In this document: piece after piece, positions 34,192 through 44,052 of the stretch | Numbering within the stretch: position 1 is the stretch's first letter | Layout of the letters: every line of letters starts with the position of its first letter | Origin: an uncultured bacterium | Lineage (GTDB): Bacteria; Krumholzibacteriota; Krumholzibacteriia; WVZY01; JAKEHA01 | Assembly: GCA_964560355.1 (NCBI GenBank) | Contig: CAZLLI010000004.1 | Span: 799 to 64,798 of the forward strand | Length of the DNA: 64,000 nt | Direction of reading: 5' to 3' | Made by a program: the position numbers and the translations under genes | Notes under the pieces: generated by a model | The model's database searches: none | Seen by the model: only the letters and a program-made list of their open reading frames with translations | What the model was told of the DNA's origin: nothing

Positions 34192-36492
34192 CTAGAAGAT
34201 GTTCCCGGAAGGTCCGAACGGTCCGTCGGACGCGGTGCCGCCGCCGTTGCCGCCCGTACCGCCGCCGCCGATGTTGAACGTTCCGCCGACGAAGAGCGGC
34301 GCCGAACCCAGGGCCCGGTAAACACCATAGCTCGGTCCGCCCGGTCCGCCCGCGCCGCCGCCGCCGGCACCACCGTTGCCGCCGTCGCCCCCATCGCCAC
34401 CGCGGCCGACTTCGGCAAGGCACGCTGCGGCACCGAATCCACCGCCACCGCCCGCGCCGCCGCTGCCACCCGCGGCGCCGTTGCCGCCACGTCCACCCAT
34501 GCCGCTCGTGAACGTGCAGCTGTCGAAACGCGGTGACGAGTTCACGAGCATGACGGCGAAAGACGCGCGCCCGCCGACGCCACCGCTGCCGCCTTGGCCA
34601 CCGGCTCCGCCACCACCGCCGCCACCCGCGCCGTTTCCACCACCGTCGTCGCATCCGGTGCCGCCCTGACCGCCGCCACCGCCACCGCCGCCACCGCCGC
34701 GCCCATTGCCGCCGCTGGCGCCGGTGTTCGATGTATTGGGAACCCACTCGTTCGCGATGACGGAACCGCTTCCGCTCGCCGCCGACCCGTTGGCTCCGGG
34801 GACGCCTGCGGCCCCGTTGACACCGTTACCGCCGTCGCCACCGGCTCCGGCGCTGCAGAAGATCCCGCCATCGAATCCCGAGCCGCCGATTCCACCGGCA
34901 CCGCCGGTGCACCCTCCCGTCCCACCGTTCTGGCCCGCATTGATACCCTCGTTGCCGCCAGCGCCGCCCACGCCCCCGGTGCACCCGACCGGTGACGCGC
35001 CCCCGCTGCCACCAAGGCCACGAGCGCCGTCGCAACTTCCCGCCGCCCCGTTGTTCCCCGCGAAGGCGCTCGCTCCGTTCGACCCCGGGACGCCGGTCGC
35101 TCCGCCCAGTCCGTTCGCGGTCGTGAACTGGCACAACTCGAACTGCAAGCTGTTGTTCGAACCGAGCGAGTAGAGCGCGATCGAGTTCGTCCCTCCCGCA
35201 GGAAGCGTCATGTTGAAGTTCACGCGACGAATCGTGGTGAGCGTCGTGATGTTGTTGGCCGTGGCGCGCGTCGCATTGTAGGTGAAAGTCGACGGCGTCG
35301 TCGTTTCATCCCACGTGACGTAGTCTCTCCCGCCGAGAATGTTGATGCCCGCGAGAAACGCCGGGGCACCGGTGTAGCTGCCGGATTCGATCAGGATCTC
35401 GTTCTTGCCGTCGGCTTGCGCGACCTGATACGCCCGCGCGAGAGTCGCGACCGGCGTCAACGGGCCGCCGTCGTTGAGGTTGTTGCCGCCGTGCGTCGCG
35501 GTCGCCATATACACGCGGTTGGTGGGCAGGTCGATAACGGTGAACGAGATGATCGCCATCGCGATGGCGCCGTCGTTGTCGGTCACGCGCACTTTCGCGG
35601 TATGCGGCCCCGCCGCGTACACGTGAGTCGTGCTACCGACCACGCTCGTGAAGTCCCAGGTGTCGTCCGTGTACTCGAAGTCCCAGTCCCAGCGCACGAC
35701 GCTGCCATCGGGGTCGTTGGCACTCGCGCTGAGCGGAATCGGCACCGTGCTCCACAACTGGGCTCCGACGGAAAGCGCCACCGTCGGCGTCATGTTCGAG
35801 TCGAGCTTGAGCAGCATGCTCGCGAGCGCGACTTCTTCGCCCGCGGTGGTCAGCGTCCCGTTCTCCGTGTCTTCGAGATAGTGCGCGTGCTCGGCGCGAA
35901 TCGTGTACGAGCCCACCGGCACATCGGTGATCGCGTATGCGCCCGTGGGATCGGTCACGGCGACGTACGACGTGCCCTGCACATACACGACGGTGCCCTG
36001 GTGCGCGGTCGCGTTCTCGAGCGTGGCGACGCCGGAGAAGGTCCCGGTCGGCGTGAGGTCGACGTCGGCGTATACCGTGTCGACGAAGGTGGTGCGGTCG
36101 GGCACGTGGATCGAGTGCATCGCGCCCAAGTGATCGTCGGCGATCACCTGCACGAAGTAGTCGCCGGTGGCGACGTCGTCGAAGTAGAAGCGCCCGCGCG
36201 CGTTGGTGGTCGTCACGCGACGACCCGGCGTGCTCACGCTCTGCGCGCCCGGATTCTTCGCAAGCCACTGCGCCGACGCGGCGACGCCGTTCGACGCCGG
36301 CTCCATCACCACCACGGCGTCGGACACGACGCCTTGGTTGGCTTCGCGTACCAAGCCGGCGACGACGGTCGCGCGCGGCGTCGCGTCGCTGCCGAGCGGT
36401 TGGTAGGTCGCGTCGTCCTTGCCGCACGCGAGAAAGAAGAGAGTGGCGGCCAGCACGCCGCGGCGGATGGTTCGGGATAGTGGAGAGCGCAT
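34192..36492 (-). CDS. Lipoprotein with CarboxypepD_reg-like and PKD-like domains, a putative beta-helix region and a long Gly-rich tail
   Basis: The lipobox is 'FFLACG'. 'GDYFVQV', 'GSYTIRA' and similar are carboxypeptidase-regulatory-like. 'DPDGSVVRWDWDF...HVYAAGPHTAKVRVTDNDGA' is PKD-like. The last ~280 aa are mostly GGxGG. Confidence 0.7.
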   Translation of the reverse strand: MRSPLSRTIRRGVLAATLFFLACGKDDATYQPLGSDATPRATVVAGLVREANQGVVSDAVVVMEPASNGVAASAQWLAKNPGAQSVSTPGRRVTTTNARGRFYFDDVATGDYFVQVIADDHLGAMHSIHVPDRTTFVDTVYADVDLTPTGTFSGVATLENATAHQGTVVYVQGTSYVAVTDPTGAYAITDVPVGSYTIRAEHAHYLEDTENGTLTTAGEEVALASMLLKLDSNMTPTVALSVGAQLWSTVPIPLSASANDPDGSVVRWDWDFEYTDDTWDFTSVVGSTTHVYAAGPHTAKVRVTDNDGAIAMAIISFTVIDLPTNRVYMATATHGGNNLNDGGPLTPVATLARAYQVAQADGKNEILIESGSYTGAPAFLAGINILGGRDYVTWDETTTPSTFTYNATRATANNITTLTTIRRVNFNMTLPAGGTNSIALYSLGSNNSLQFELCQFTTANGLGGATGVPGSNGASAFAGNNGAAGSCDGARGLGGSGGASPVGCTGGVGGAGGNEGINAGQNGGTGGCTGGAGGIGGSGFDGGIFCSAGAGGDGGNGVNGAAGVPGANGSAASGSGSVIANEWVPNTSNTGASGGNGRGGGGGGGGGGQGGTGCDDGGGNGAGGGGGGGAGGQGGSGGVGGRASFAVMLVNSSPRFDSCTFTSGMGGRGGNGAAGGSGGAGGGGGFGAAACLAEVGRGGDGGDGGNGGAGGGGAGGPGGPSYGVYRALGSAPLFVGGTFNIGGGGTGGNGGGTASDGPFGPSGNIF

Positions 36493-36521
36493 CGGAGACC
36501 TCGAGCGGGATCGTGTCCCGG

Positions 36522-37112
36522 TTATCGAATGCGAACGAAGCGCCGGACGATTTCACTCCCGCCCGCGCGCAGACGAATTAAGTAGATGCCGGATGCAATC
36601 GGATCGCCCTGCGTGTCGCGCAGGTCCCAGCGAATGGTGCGGCCGCCGGCGGGACTCTCGCCGCGCCAGCCCATCACGAGGCGCCCGCGCACGTCGTAGA
36701 CCTCGAGGCGCGTGTCGGTGCCTGCGGGCGCGCCGAGACGGAAGGTGACTTCGTTGGTGGCCGGGTTCGGCCACGGTTGGTCGAGAAACATCGGCGCGCG
36801 CGTGGTGACGTCGACGTCGGTGGCGTCGTCGACCACGATGCCGCGCACGACCGCGGAGAGGTAGTCGTTCACGCGCACCTGGATCGTGTAGGTGCCCGAA
36901 GGAACGTTATCGATGCAGTAATGACCGCCGACGTCGGTGCCCGCGTAGAGGCCCGTGTACTGGTCGAGCTGGTCGAAGAGGAAGACCGCGGCGTTGGGAA
37001 CCGGCTGCGCGGTGACACCGTCGCGGACCGTGCCGCAGATCGAGCCCGCGCGTGCCGCGCCAGCGAGGAGAAGTAAGGCAATAATCGTCGCGCGGGGGAC
37101 GCGTCGATCCAT
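36522..37112 (-). CDS. CarboxypepD_reg-like protein with T9SS-type/FlgD-Ig-like C-terminal domain
   Basis: 'ICGTVRDGVTAQPVPNAAV...GTYTIQV' is followed by the C-terminal 'QPWPNPATNEVTFRL......LEVYDVRGRLV....GIYLIRL'. Confidence 0.7.
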   Translation of the reverse strand: MDRRVPRATIIALLLLAGAARAGSICGTVRDGVTAQPVPNAAVFLFDQLDQYTGLYAGTDVGGHYCIDNVPSGTYTIQVRVNDYLSAVVRGIVVDDATDVDVTTRAPMFLDQPWPNPATNEVTFRLGAPAGTDTRLEVYDVRGRLVMGWRGESPAGGRTIRWDLRDTQGDPIASGIYLIRLRAGGSEIVRRFVRIR

Positions 37113-37194
37113 GGTGTCTCAGTACGGTTCGGGTGAACTGCGACGTGAACAGTCTAGCAGAGGCGCGTCTCGAGCGCCAGCCCCGATTTGGTGG

Positions 37195-39075
37195 TCAGGC
37201 GTTTTCGCGTTCGTCGAGGGACTTGGTTTCGCGCTCGAGGTCGCGCGTGGCGGTTTCGAGCTCGTTGTAGGCGGCGTCGATCGCGGGGCCGACCTCCCGG
37301 CTCCGCTTTGACAACTCGGCGATCGCGGACGCGTTACCGGCCGCGGACGCGTCGCTCAACTTGCGAAACGTCTCGTCGCGCTCGCGCTCGAGCCGCTCGA
37401 TGCGCGCCTCCAGCGCGGCGACGCGCTTCTCGAGGGGCCCCAGCACGCGCGCGCGTTCCTGCACGCGCTTCGCGCGCGCCTGACGGTCGGCCTTGCGGTC
37501 GACGGGCGGCGCGGGTTTGGGTGGGGCGGGCTTGGGGATGGTCGGAGTCGGCGCAATCTTCGCCGCCGGCACATCCTTCACGAACTGTTCGTCCGACTCC
37601 CACCCGACGCTCTCCAAGAAATCTTGGTAGCTGCCGTCGAACACGCGCACGCGTCCGCGGTCGAACACGACGAAGTGCGTCGCCAGCGAGTGCAGGAACA
37701 TCTCGTTGTGGGTGACGATCACGGCCGCGCCCTCGAACGCGTCGATGGCGGCGAGGAGCGAGTCGCACGAATCCATGTCGAGGTGGTTGGTGGGTTCGTC
37801 GAGCAACAGCAGGTTGCACGGCGTGACGATGAGCTTGCCGAGCGTCACGCGGCTGCGCTCGCCACCCGAGAGCACCGCGATCTTCTTGAGCGCGTTGTCG
37901 CCCTCGAACATCATCGCGCCCGCGATGTCGCGCGCGACTTGCACGGTCGTCTTGGGCGCGGCGGACTGGATTTCCTCCGCCACGGTCATGCGCTCGTCCA
38001 GCGTGGCGACGTTGGTCTGCGCGAAGTAGCCGGAGACGGTGCGCGGGTGGCGCGAAATTTCGCCCGCGCGCGGTTTGAGCTGTCCCGCCAGCAAGCGCAA
38101 CAGGGTCGACTTGCCGCGCCCGTTGGGCCCGATGATGCAGATGCGGTCGCGGTCATGGATCTCGAAGCGCACGTCGGAGATGAGCGGCGGCGCGTCGCCG
38201 TACCCGAACGTGATGTGGTCGACCTTCATCACCACCTTGCCAGGGAAGGGCTCGGCGCGAAACGAGAAGTCGAGGGTCTGCAGGTGCTCGAGCTTTTCCA
38301 GGCGTTCGTGCTTGGCGAGCATCTTGATGCGCGACTGGACGCGCGTCGCCATGGTGTTCTTGGCGCGAAAGCGCTCGATGAAGCGCTCGACGTCCTTGCG
38401 CTTGCGGTCCTCGTTGATGCGCGTCTTCTCGTGGATCTCTTCCTCTTGCAGGATCTGCGCGTACATCTTGGCGGTGTCGCCCGCGATCTTCTTCGCCTTG
38501 CGGCGGTGGATCGCGACCGTGTGGGTGACCACGCTGTCCATGAACGAGCGGTCGTGCGTGATCAGCACGAGCTCGGTCTTCCATTCGTTCAGGAAGCGTT
38601 CGAGCCAGCGAATCGACACCACGTCGAGGTAGTTGGTGGGCTCGTCGAGGAGCAGAAGGTCGGGCTCGGAGACGAGCACCTTGGCGAGATTGAGGCGCAC
38701 TTGGAAGCCGCCCGAGAACAATTCGGGCGCCCGCGCCATGTCTTCCTCGCCGAATCCCAAGCCGAACAAGATCTGCTCCGCGCGCCACACGTCGTCGCGC
38801 TGGTCGGGCGGGAGTCCCAGCGCGGCTTCCTCGAGCAGCGTGGGCTGCGTGAAGCGAATGTGCTGGTCGAGGTGGCCGATGCGATAGCGCTTCGGAATCA
38901 CGATCTCGCCGGAGTCGGGGGACATTTCGCCCAGCACCATGCGGAACAGCGTGGTCTTGCCGTGGCCGTTGCGCCCCACCAGGCCGACGCGCTCGCGGCG
39001 GTTGATGGAGAACGACATGTCGTCGAAGAGAACTTGGGCCCCGAACGACTTGCTGACGCGATTGAATTGGATCAC
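37195..39075 (-). CDS. ABC-F family ATPase (two ABC cassettes, C-terminal coiled coil)
   Basis: Two Walker A motifs are present ('GRNGHGKTT' and 'GPNGRGKST'), along with signatures 'FSGGFQVR' and 'LSGGERSR'. The GTG start at 39075 overlaps the upstream stop (GTGA). Confidence 0.85.
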   Translation of the reverse strand: MIQFNRVSKSFGAQVLFDDMSFSINRRERVGLVGRNGHGKTTLFRMVLGEMSPDSGEIVIPKRYRIGHLDQHIRFTQPTLLEEAALGLPPDQRDDVWRAEQILFGLGFGEEDMARAPELFSGGFQVRLNLAKVLVSEPDLLLLDEPTNYLDVVSIRWLERFLNEWKTELVLITHDRSFMDSVVTHTVAIHRRKAKKIAGDTAKMYAQILQEEEIHEKTRINEDRKRKDVERFIERFRAKNTMATRVQSRIKMLAKHERLEKLEHLQTLDFSFRAEPFPGKVVMKVDHITFGYGDAPPLISDVRFEIHDRDRICIIGPNGRGKSTLLRLLAGQLKPRAGEISRHPRTVSGYFAQTNVATLDERMTVAEEIQSAAPKTTVQVARDIAGAMMFEGDNALKKIAVLSGGERSRVTLGKLIVTPCNLLLLDEPTNHLDMDSCDSLLAAIDAFEGAAVIVTHNEMFLHSLATHFVVFDRGRVRVFDGSYQDFLESVGWESDEQFVKDVPAAKIAPTPTIPKPAPPKPAPPVDRKADRQARAKRVQERARVLGPLEKRVAALEARIERLERERDETFRKLSDASAAGNASAIAELSKRSREVGPAIDAAYNELETATRDLERETKSLDERENA

Positions 39076-40664
39076 GGCGCTCCGCTCTCGAGTCGCATCA
39101 GCACCGCGCCCGCGGCGCGGCGCTCGATCCAGTCCGCCATCACGTAGCCGTTCTGCTTCAAGCGCTGGATGATCTCCGCGCTCTCCGCGCCCTGCACGTG
39201 CGAGAACACGAGCCAGAATTCGTCGGGGCGCTCGGCGATGGTGTCGGCGAGCGACTGCACCTTCGCTTCGGGTGTCGCGAGCGAGCGCAGCCAGCGGCCG
39301 TAGTAGACGTTGTCGTCGCGGCAGAACGCGGGCGGGTCGGCGTCGTGCCAGCACGAGAGGCTCCACGTGGGAGGAAGCTCGCGGCGCGTGTCGGGGTAGC
39401 GCTGCAAGTAGTACGCGAACGCGGGCGCGGCGCCGTAGAACACATAGGTCGGCTGCGCGTGCGACCACTTCTGGTGCCAGAACTCGGCGACCGGGCGCAC
39501 GTCCTCGGTTTCGGGCCACTGCACGACGCGGGCCGGGTCGAGGGCGTCGCGCACGGTGCGATTGGGAAGCGACACCAGGCTGCACACCACGAGCCCCGTG
39601 AACGCGAGCGACGCGACCACCTTGAGCGTGCGATCGCGCGCTCCGGTGAAGCCGATCGCCGCCATGAGCAGCGTCGCGGGCAGAAGGATCAGGCCCCAGC
39701 GAAATCCGAACGGGAACATTTCGAGCAGACCCGCGACGCCGTACACGGTCCACGCCGCGGCGAACCACAGCGCCCAGCGCGGGCGCACGCGCAGCGCGAG
39801 CGCGAAGAGCGCGAACCAGCACGCGACCGGAGTCCACGCCGGCACTTTGGTGTACGGCCAGCCCGAGTAGTGGAAGGCGAACAAGTTGGAGAGCCAGCGC
39901 CACACCAACGCGATTCCGTGCGGTCGCTGCTGCGGATACTCGGCGAGCGCGGCGCGCGTGTCGAGCACGCGCCCGAGCTGGTCGGGGAGCACCGACCACA
40001 ATACCGGTACCGTGACGACGAGGAAGATGGCGAGCGCGAGCGCGAAACGCTTCGCGCGCCCGGCGTCGCGGCGCACGAGTGCTTCGACCAATGCGCACCC
40101 GAACGGCACCAGCACGGTGATGGCGGCGGCGTAGTACGACGTCGCGGCTACGCATGCGACCAGCGCCCACGCGAGCACCCATTTGCGGCCGCCTTCGTTC
40201 CACAATCCGTGCAGCGCGACCAGGCTCCACGACACGGCGCCGATCATGAGCGCGTACTGCCCGACCTCTTGCGCGTAGCGAATGTCGGGCGGGTTGACCG
40301 CGGCCAGCACGCCGGCCGCGATCGCGGTGGCGAAGCCGCCCAGCCGCCGCCCCAGCACCATCACGCCCGCGACACCAGCCACGCTCGCGATCACCGACAA
40401 CATGCGCAGCCACGCTTCGCCGTTCGCGACCTTCATCCAGAAATGGAGCAGGAACGAAAACAGGGGCGGGTCGCCGGAGCCAACGCTAACAAAGTGCGCG
40501 AGCTGCGAGAGCGGCGCGGTTGCGACCCAATACTCGCCGGCTTCGTCGAACCAGAGCGAGCGCGCGCCGAGGTCCCACAAGCGCAGCGCGAGCGCTAGCG
40601 CTAGCACTCCCAGGAACCACGCGCGTTCGCGCGGCGTCGCCGACAACCGTGGAATGGAACGCAT
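39072..40664 (-). CDS. GT39/ArnT-like polytopic membrane glycosyltransferase
   Basis: The N-terminus 'LALALRLWDLGARSLWFDEAGEY' is typical of PMT_2/ArnT-like proteins. About 10 hydrophobic helices precede a soluble C-terminal domain. Confidence 0.7.
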   Translation of the reverse strand: MRSIPRLSATPRERAWFLGVLALALALRLWDLGARSLWFDEAGEYWVATAPLSQLAHFVSVGSGDPPLFSFLLHFWMKVANGEAWLRMLSVIASVAGVAGVMVLGRRLGGFATAIAAGVLAAVNPPDIRYAQEVGQYALMIGAVSWSLVALHGLWNEGGRKWVLAWALVACVAATSYYAAAITVLVPFGCALVEALVRRDAGRAKRFALALAIFLVVTVPVLWSVLPDQLGRVLDTRAALAEYPQQRPHGIALVWRWLSNLFAFHYSGWPYTKVPAWTPVACWFALFALALRVRPRWALWFAAAWTVYGVAGLLEMFPFGFRWGLILLPATLLMAAIGFTGARDRTLKVVASLAFTGLVVCSLVSLPNRTVRDALDPARVVQWPETEDVRPVAEFWHQKWSHAQPTYVFYGAAPAFAYYLQRYPDTRRELPPTWSLSCWHDADPPAFCRDDNVYYGRWLRSLATPEAKVQSLADTIAERPDEFWLVFSHVQGAESAEIIQRLKQNGYVMADWIERRAAGAVLMRLESGAP

Positions 40665-40672
40665 GCGGGGGA

Positions 40673-41464
40673 TCAGTCGCTCGCGGTCTGCACGCGACGC
40701 ACCGCCGCGGTCACCACGCGCCGCGGGAACAGTCGCAGTAGGAAGATGACGGTATTATTGAGCGCGCCCGGAACCACGACCGGCTTGCCCTTGCGCATTC
40801 CGTCGAAGCCCGCGCGCACGACCACGTCGGGGTTGACGCGCATCATGAGGCGCAGCCCGCGCACCTTGCCGACGTTGGCGCGCTTCTGGAACTCGGTCGG
40901 CGTGGGGCCCGGGCACAGCGCGGTGGCGGTGACGCCGGTGCCGCGCAATTCGTTTCCGATCGCTTCCGTGAACGACAGCACGAAAGCCTTGCTCGCGTAG
41001 TACACCGACTGCAGCGGCCCCGGCTGGAAGGCCGCGGTCGACGCCACGTTGAGAATACGCCCGCGCTTCTTCGCCACCATGTCGCGCGCGAACAACTTCG
41101 TGAGGTGGACGAGCGACGTCATGTTGACCTGGATCATGTCGAGCTCGGTCTGCAAATCGGACTGATAGAACAAACCGTACATGCCGAAGCCGGCGTTGTT
41201 GACCAGCACGTCGACCTCGAGCCCGGCCGCGCGCACCTGGTCGTACAGCGCAACGGGCGCGCGCGGGTCGGCGAGATCGTGCACGAAAACGTGCGCGCGC
41301 ACGCCGTGCAGTCCCTCCACTTCCTTCTTGAGGGCGTCGAGCTTGTCGGCGCTGCGCGCGGTGAGCACGAGGTCGTAGCCTTCGGACGCGAACAGGCGCG
41401 CAAACTCCGCGCCGAGTCCCATCGACGCCCCCGTGACGAGCGCGAGCGGCCGCCGCTCTGCCAT
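40673..41464 (-). CDS. Short-chain dehydrogenase/reductase (SDR)
   Basis: Motifs are 'ALVTGASMGLG', 'NNAG' and 'YYASKAF'. Confidence 0.85.
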   Translation of the reverse strand: MAERRPLALVTGASMGLGAEFARLFASEGYDLVLTARSADKLDALKKEVEGLHGVRAHVFVHDLADPRAPVALYDQVRAAGLEVDVLVNNAGFGMYGLFYQSDLQTELDMIQVNMTSLVHLTKLFARDMVAKKRGRILNVASTAAFQPGPLQSVYYASKAFVLSFTEAIGNELRGTGVTATALCPGPTPTEFQKRANVGKVRGLRLMMRVNPDVVVRAGFDGMRKGKPVVVPGALNNTVIFLLRLFPRRVVTAAVRRVQTASD

Positions 41465-42628
41465 CTACGACTCCAGCGCCTGCTTCAAGTCGTCGATCAG
41501 GTCGTCGGTGGCTTCGATGCCGACCGACATGCGCACGAGCCCGTCGCCGATGCCGACGCGCGCGCGTTCGTCGGGCGTCATCAGGCGGTGCGACGTCTTC
41601 GCGGGCTGCGTCATGAGGGTGTCGACGCCGCCCAGGCTGGGCGCGATCACCGGCAGCTCGACGCGGCCGAGGAAGCGATCCGCCGCGCGCGCGCCGCCTT
41701 CCAAGTTGAAGCTGAGCATGCCGCCGAAGCCGTCGAAGAATTCCGCCGCGCGCTCGTGGTGAGGATTATTGATGAGCCCCGGGTAGTTGACGGATTCCAC
41801 CGACGGGTGTTCATCCAGGAAGCGCGCAATCGCGAGCGCGCTCACGTTCTGGTGGCGCACACGCAGCGCGAGCGTCTTCAGGCCGCGGTGCAGGAGATAG
41901 CACGCGTGCGGGTCGAGCGAGCCGCCGAGGTGATTCAGGCTCAAGCGGATGTTCTCGACCAAGTCGGCGCGCCCGATGGCCGCGCCCGCGACGATGTCGT
42001 TGTGGCCGTTCATGTATTTCGTCGCCGAGTGCAGCGACAGGTCGAAGCCCCACTCGGAAGGACGGAAGTTCATCGGGCTCGTAAACGTGTTGTCGATCAT
42101 CGAGACCAGGCCGTGCTCCTTCGCGAAGTCGGCGGCGGCGGCGAGGTCGCTCACGCTCATCACCGGGTTGGCGATGGCTTCGACGTAGATGGCGCGCGTG
42201 TTGGGGCGCAGCTTGGCTTTCCAGGTGTCGGGGTCGGTGCCGTCGATGATGTCGTACGACAATCCGAAGTGCTTGAACTCGTGGGTCACGAACGAATGGG
42301 TGCCGCCGTACGTGCAATCCTGAACCAGCAGGTGGCCGCCGTCCGCGAGCACGGTGAGGAGCGCCGTCGAGATGGCGGCCATGCCGCTCCCGGTCACGAG
42401 CGCCGCCTCCGCGTTCTCGAGCGCGGCCAGCTTCGCGTTGAGCGCGGTGTGGTTGGGCGTGTTGTTCAGGCGAATGTAGCGCAGGTCGTGGTACTCGGCG
42501 TCGCCGTCGCTGCGCGTCTCGAACATCGCGGTCTGGAAGATCGGCATGGCGACGGACCCGTGCAAGCGCGGGTGCGGTTCGCCGGCGTGGATGAGCTTGG
42601 TTTCGATGTGGCGGAAGGTGCGTTCCAT
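41465..42628 (-). CDS. Cys/Met-metabolism PLP-dependent enzyme (cystathionine gamma-synthase/lyase family)
   Basis: Motifs are 'TKLIHAG' and the PLP-lysine motif 'HSATKYMNGH'. ATG at 42628 follows AAGGAG. Confidence 0.85.
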   Translation of the reverse strand: MERTFRHIETKLIHAGEPHPRLHGSVAMPIFQTAMFETRSDGDAEYHDLRYIRLNNTPNHTALNAKLAALENAEAALVTGSGMAAISTALLTVLADGGHLLVQDCTYGGTHSFVTHEFKHFGLSYDIIDGTDPDTWKAKLRPNTRAIYVEAIANPVMSVSDLAAAADFAKEHGLVSMIDNTFTSPMNFRPSEWGFDLSLHSATKYMNGHNDIVAGAAIGRADLVENIRLSLNHLGGSLDPHACYLLHRGLKTLALRVRHQNVSALAIARFLDEHPSVESVNYPGLINNPHHERAAEFFDGFGGMLSFNLEGGARAADRFLGRVELPVIAPSLGGVDTLMTQPAKTSHRLMTPDERARVGIGDGLVRMSVGIEATDDLIDDLKQALES

Positions 42629-42747
42629 CGTGACTCCTTGGTCAGGCGAAAAAAGTCCTCCGCGGGCGCGGGCGGACTTCGCTCTGGTTCGCGGAAAGCT
42701 ATACAATACGGGCCCCGCGCGGGATTGACAAGGTCGCGCGGAAGCCC

Positions 42748-44043
42748 ATGAACCTGTCCCTGCGGCCGTATCGTTTCGAATCCGCCGACGCCGAGCGCGG
42801 CACTCTGACCGTGCCGATGAACCGCGCGGCGCCGGGGCGCGGCGTGGTCGAGCTCGTCTTCGTGCGGCTGCCCGCCACGACGCCGTCGGCGGGCCCGCCC
42901 ATCGTCTTCTTGAACGGCGGACCGGGTATGTCGGGGATTCGGATGGGGCGCGGGCGCTTGTTCGGTTTCTTCGACGCGCTGCGCGCGCACGGAGATGTGA
43001 TCCTCCTCGACCAGCGCGGTTCCGGCGAGTCGACGCCGTCGCTCGCGTGTGCCGAACCGCTCGTGCTCCCGCCCTCTCCCGCGCCTCCGCGCGACGAAAT
43101 GCTGCGCGCCGTGATCGACTCGACGCGACGGTGCGCGGAAAGTCTGCGGCAGGCCGGCGTCGACGTGGCCGCGTTCAACACGCGCGAAAGCGCGGCCGAC
43201 GTCGCCGAACTCGCGCGCACGCTGGGCGCGGAGCGGGTGTCGCTCGTCGGGTGGAGCTACGGGTCGCACCTCGCGTTCGCGGTGATGCGCTATTTCCCGG
43301 AGTTGGTGGCGCGCGCGGCGCTCCTCGGTCCCGAAGGTCCCGACCACACGTTCAAGCTGCCGTCGCGTATCGAGCGCCAGCTCGTCACGATCGCGGAGCG
43401 CGCGCGCGATGCGGGCGTCGCGACCGATCTCTTCGCGATGCTGCGCGAAGCGATCCGCGGCCGCTTCGACCTCGAGTACGTGGTCGCGCAAGGGATCGCG
43501 GACACGCGGATGCTCGCGCGGCTTCCGCGCTGGCTCGCGCGCATGACGCGCGGCGACTTCAGCGACACCGCGAACGACGCGCTCTTGCGAGCGTATCTAG
43601 AGGAGATGCGCGTCGGGCAGGTTCGATCGCTGGTGCGCTTCTGCATGGATTGCGCGTCGGGGGCGTCGGCGGAGCGACGCCGGCGCATCGACGACGAAGC
43701 GCGCACGGCGCTCCTCGGTCGCACCATCGACTTCCCGTTCCCGGAAATCTGTGCGGCGATCGGGTGCCCCGACCTAGGCGACGCGTTCCGCGCGCCGCTG
43801 CGAAGCGACGTCGCGACGTTGTTCGTCACCGGGACGCTCGACGCGCGCACGCCGAGCGACAACGTCGACGACTTGGCACCGGGGTTTCGCAACCACCGCC
43901 GTCTCGTCGTCGAAGACGCCGGCCACGCCGACCTCTTGCCCGACCCGGGCGCGCAGCGCGAGATCGCGAACTTCCTCGCGCGTGGCGAGATCGAGCGCGA
44001 GCGCGTGTCGCGCGAGAACGCGTTTCGCTTCGACCCTCTGTAG
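42748..44043 (+). CDS. Alpha/beta hydrolase (prolyl aminopeptidase-like, S33-type)
   Basis: Motifs are 'IVFLNGGPGMSG' and the nucleophile elbow 'GWSYGS'. A C-terminal 'GH' is present. Confidence 0.75.
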   Translation: MNLSLRPYRFESADAERGTLTVPMNRAAPGRGVVELVFVRLPATTPSAGPPIVFLNGGPGMSGIRMGRGRLFGFFDALRAHGDVILLDQRGSGESTPSLACAEPLVLPPSPAPPRDEMLRAVIDSTRRCAESLRQAGVDVAAFNTRESAADVAELARTLGAERVSLVGWSYGSHLAFAVMRYFPELVARAALLGPEGPDHTFKLPSRIERQLVTIAERARDAGVATDLFAMLREAIRGRFDLEYVVAQGIADTRMLARLPRWLARMTRGDFSDTANDALLRAYLEEMRVGQVRSLVRFCMDCASGASAERRRRIDDEARTALLGRTIDFPFPEICAAIGCPDLGDAFRAPLRSDVATLFVTGTLDARTPSDNVDDLAPGFRNHRRLVVEDAGHADLLPDPGAQREIANFLARGEIERERVSRENAFRFDPL

Positions 44044-44052
44044 GAAAAAAAA

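Noticed and set aside
34200-35100. A GC-rich (GGN)n tract read as a non-coding tandem repeat or satellite.
   Set aside because: It stays in frame with the upstream domains of the 34192-36492 gene through to a stop codon. All the alternative ORFs in the tract (34376-34669, 34594-34995, 34706-35173 and others) are mirror or shifted-frame artefacts.
37195-40413. A 1072-aa ORF read as one giant gene. The same issue applies to 17204-18394 (396 aa) and 17857-19368 (503 aa).
   Set aside because: Only the C-terminal parts have protein-like sequence (ABC-F, esterase, VOC dioxygenase). The N-terminal parts are Arg-rich read-through over the upstream gene in another frame. Real starts sit in 4-nt overlaps (GTGA/ATGA) with the upstream stop codons.
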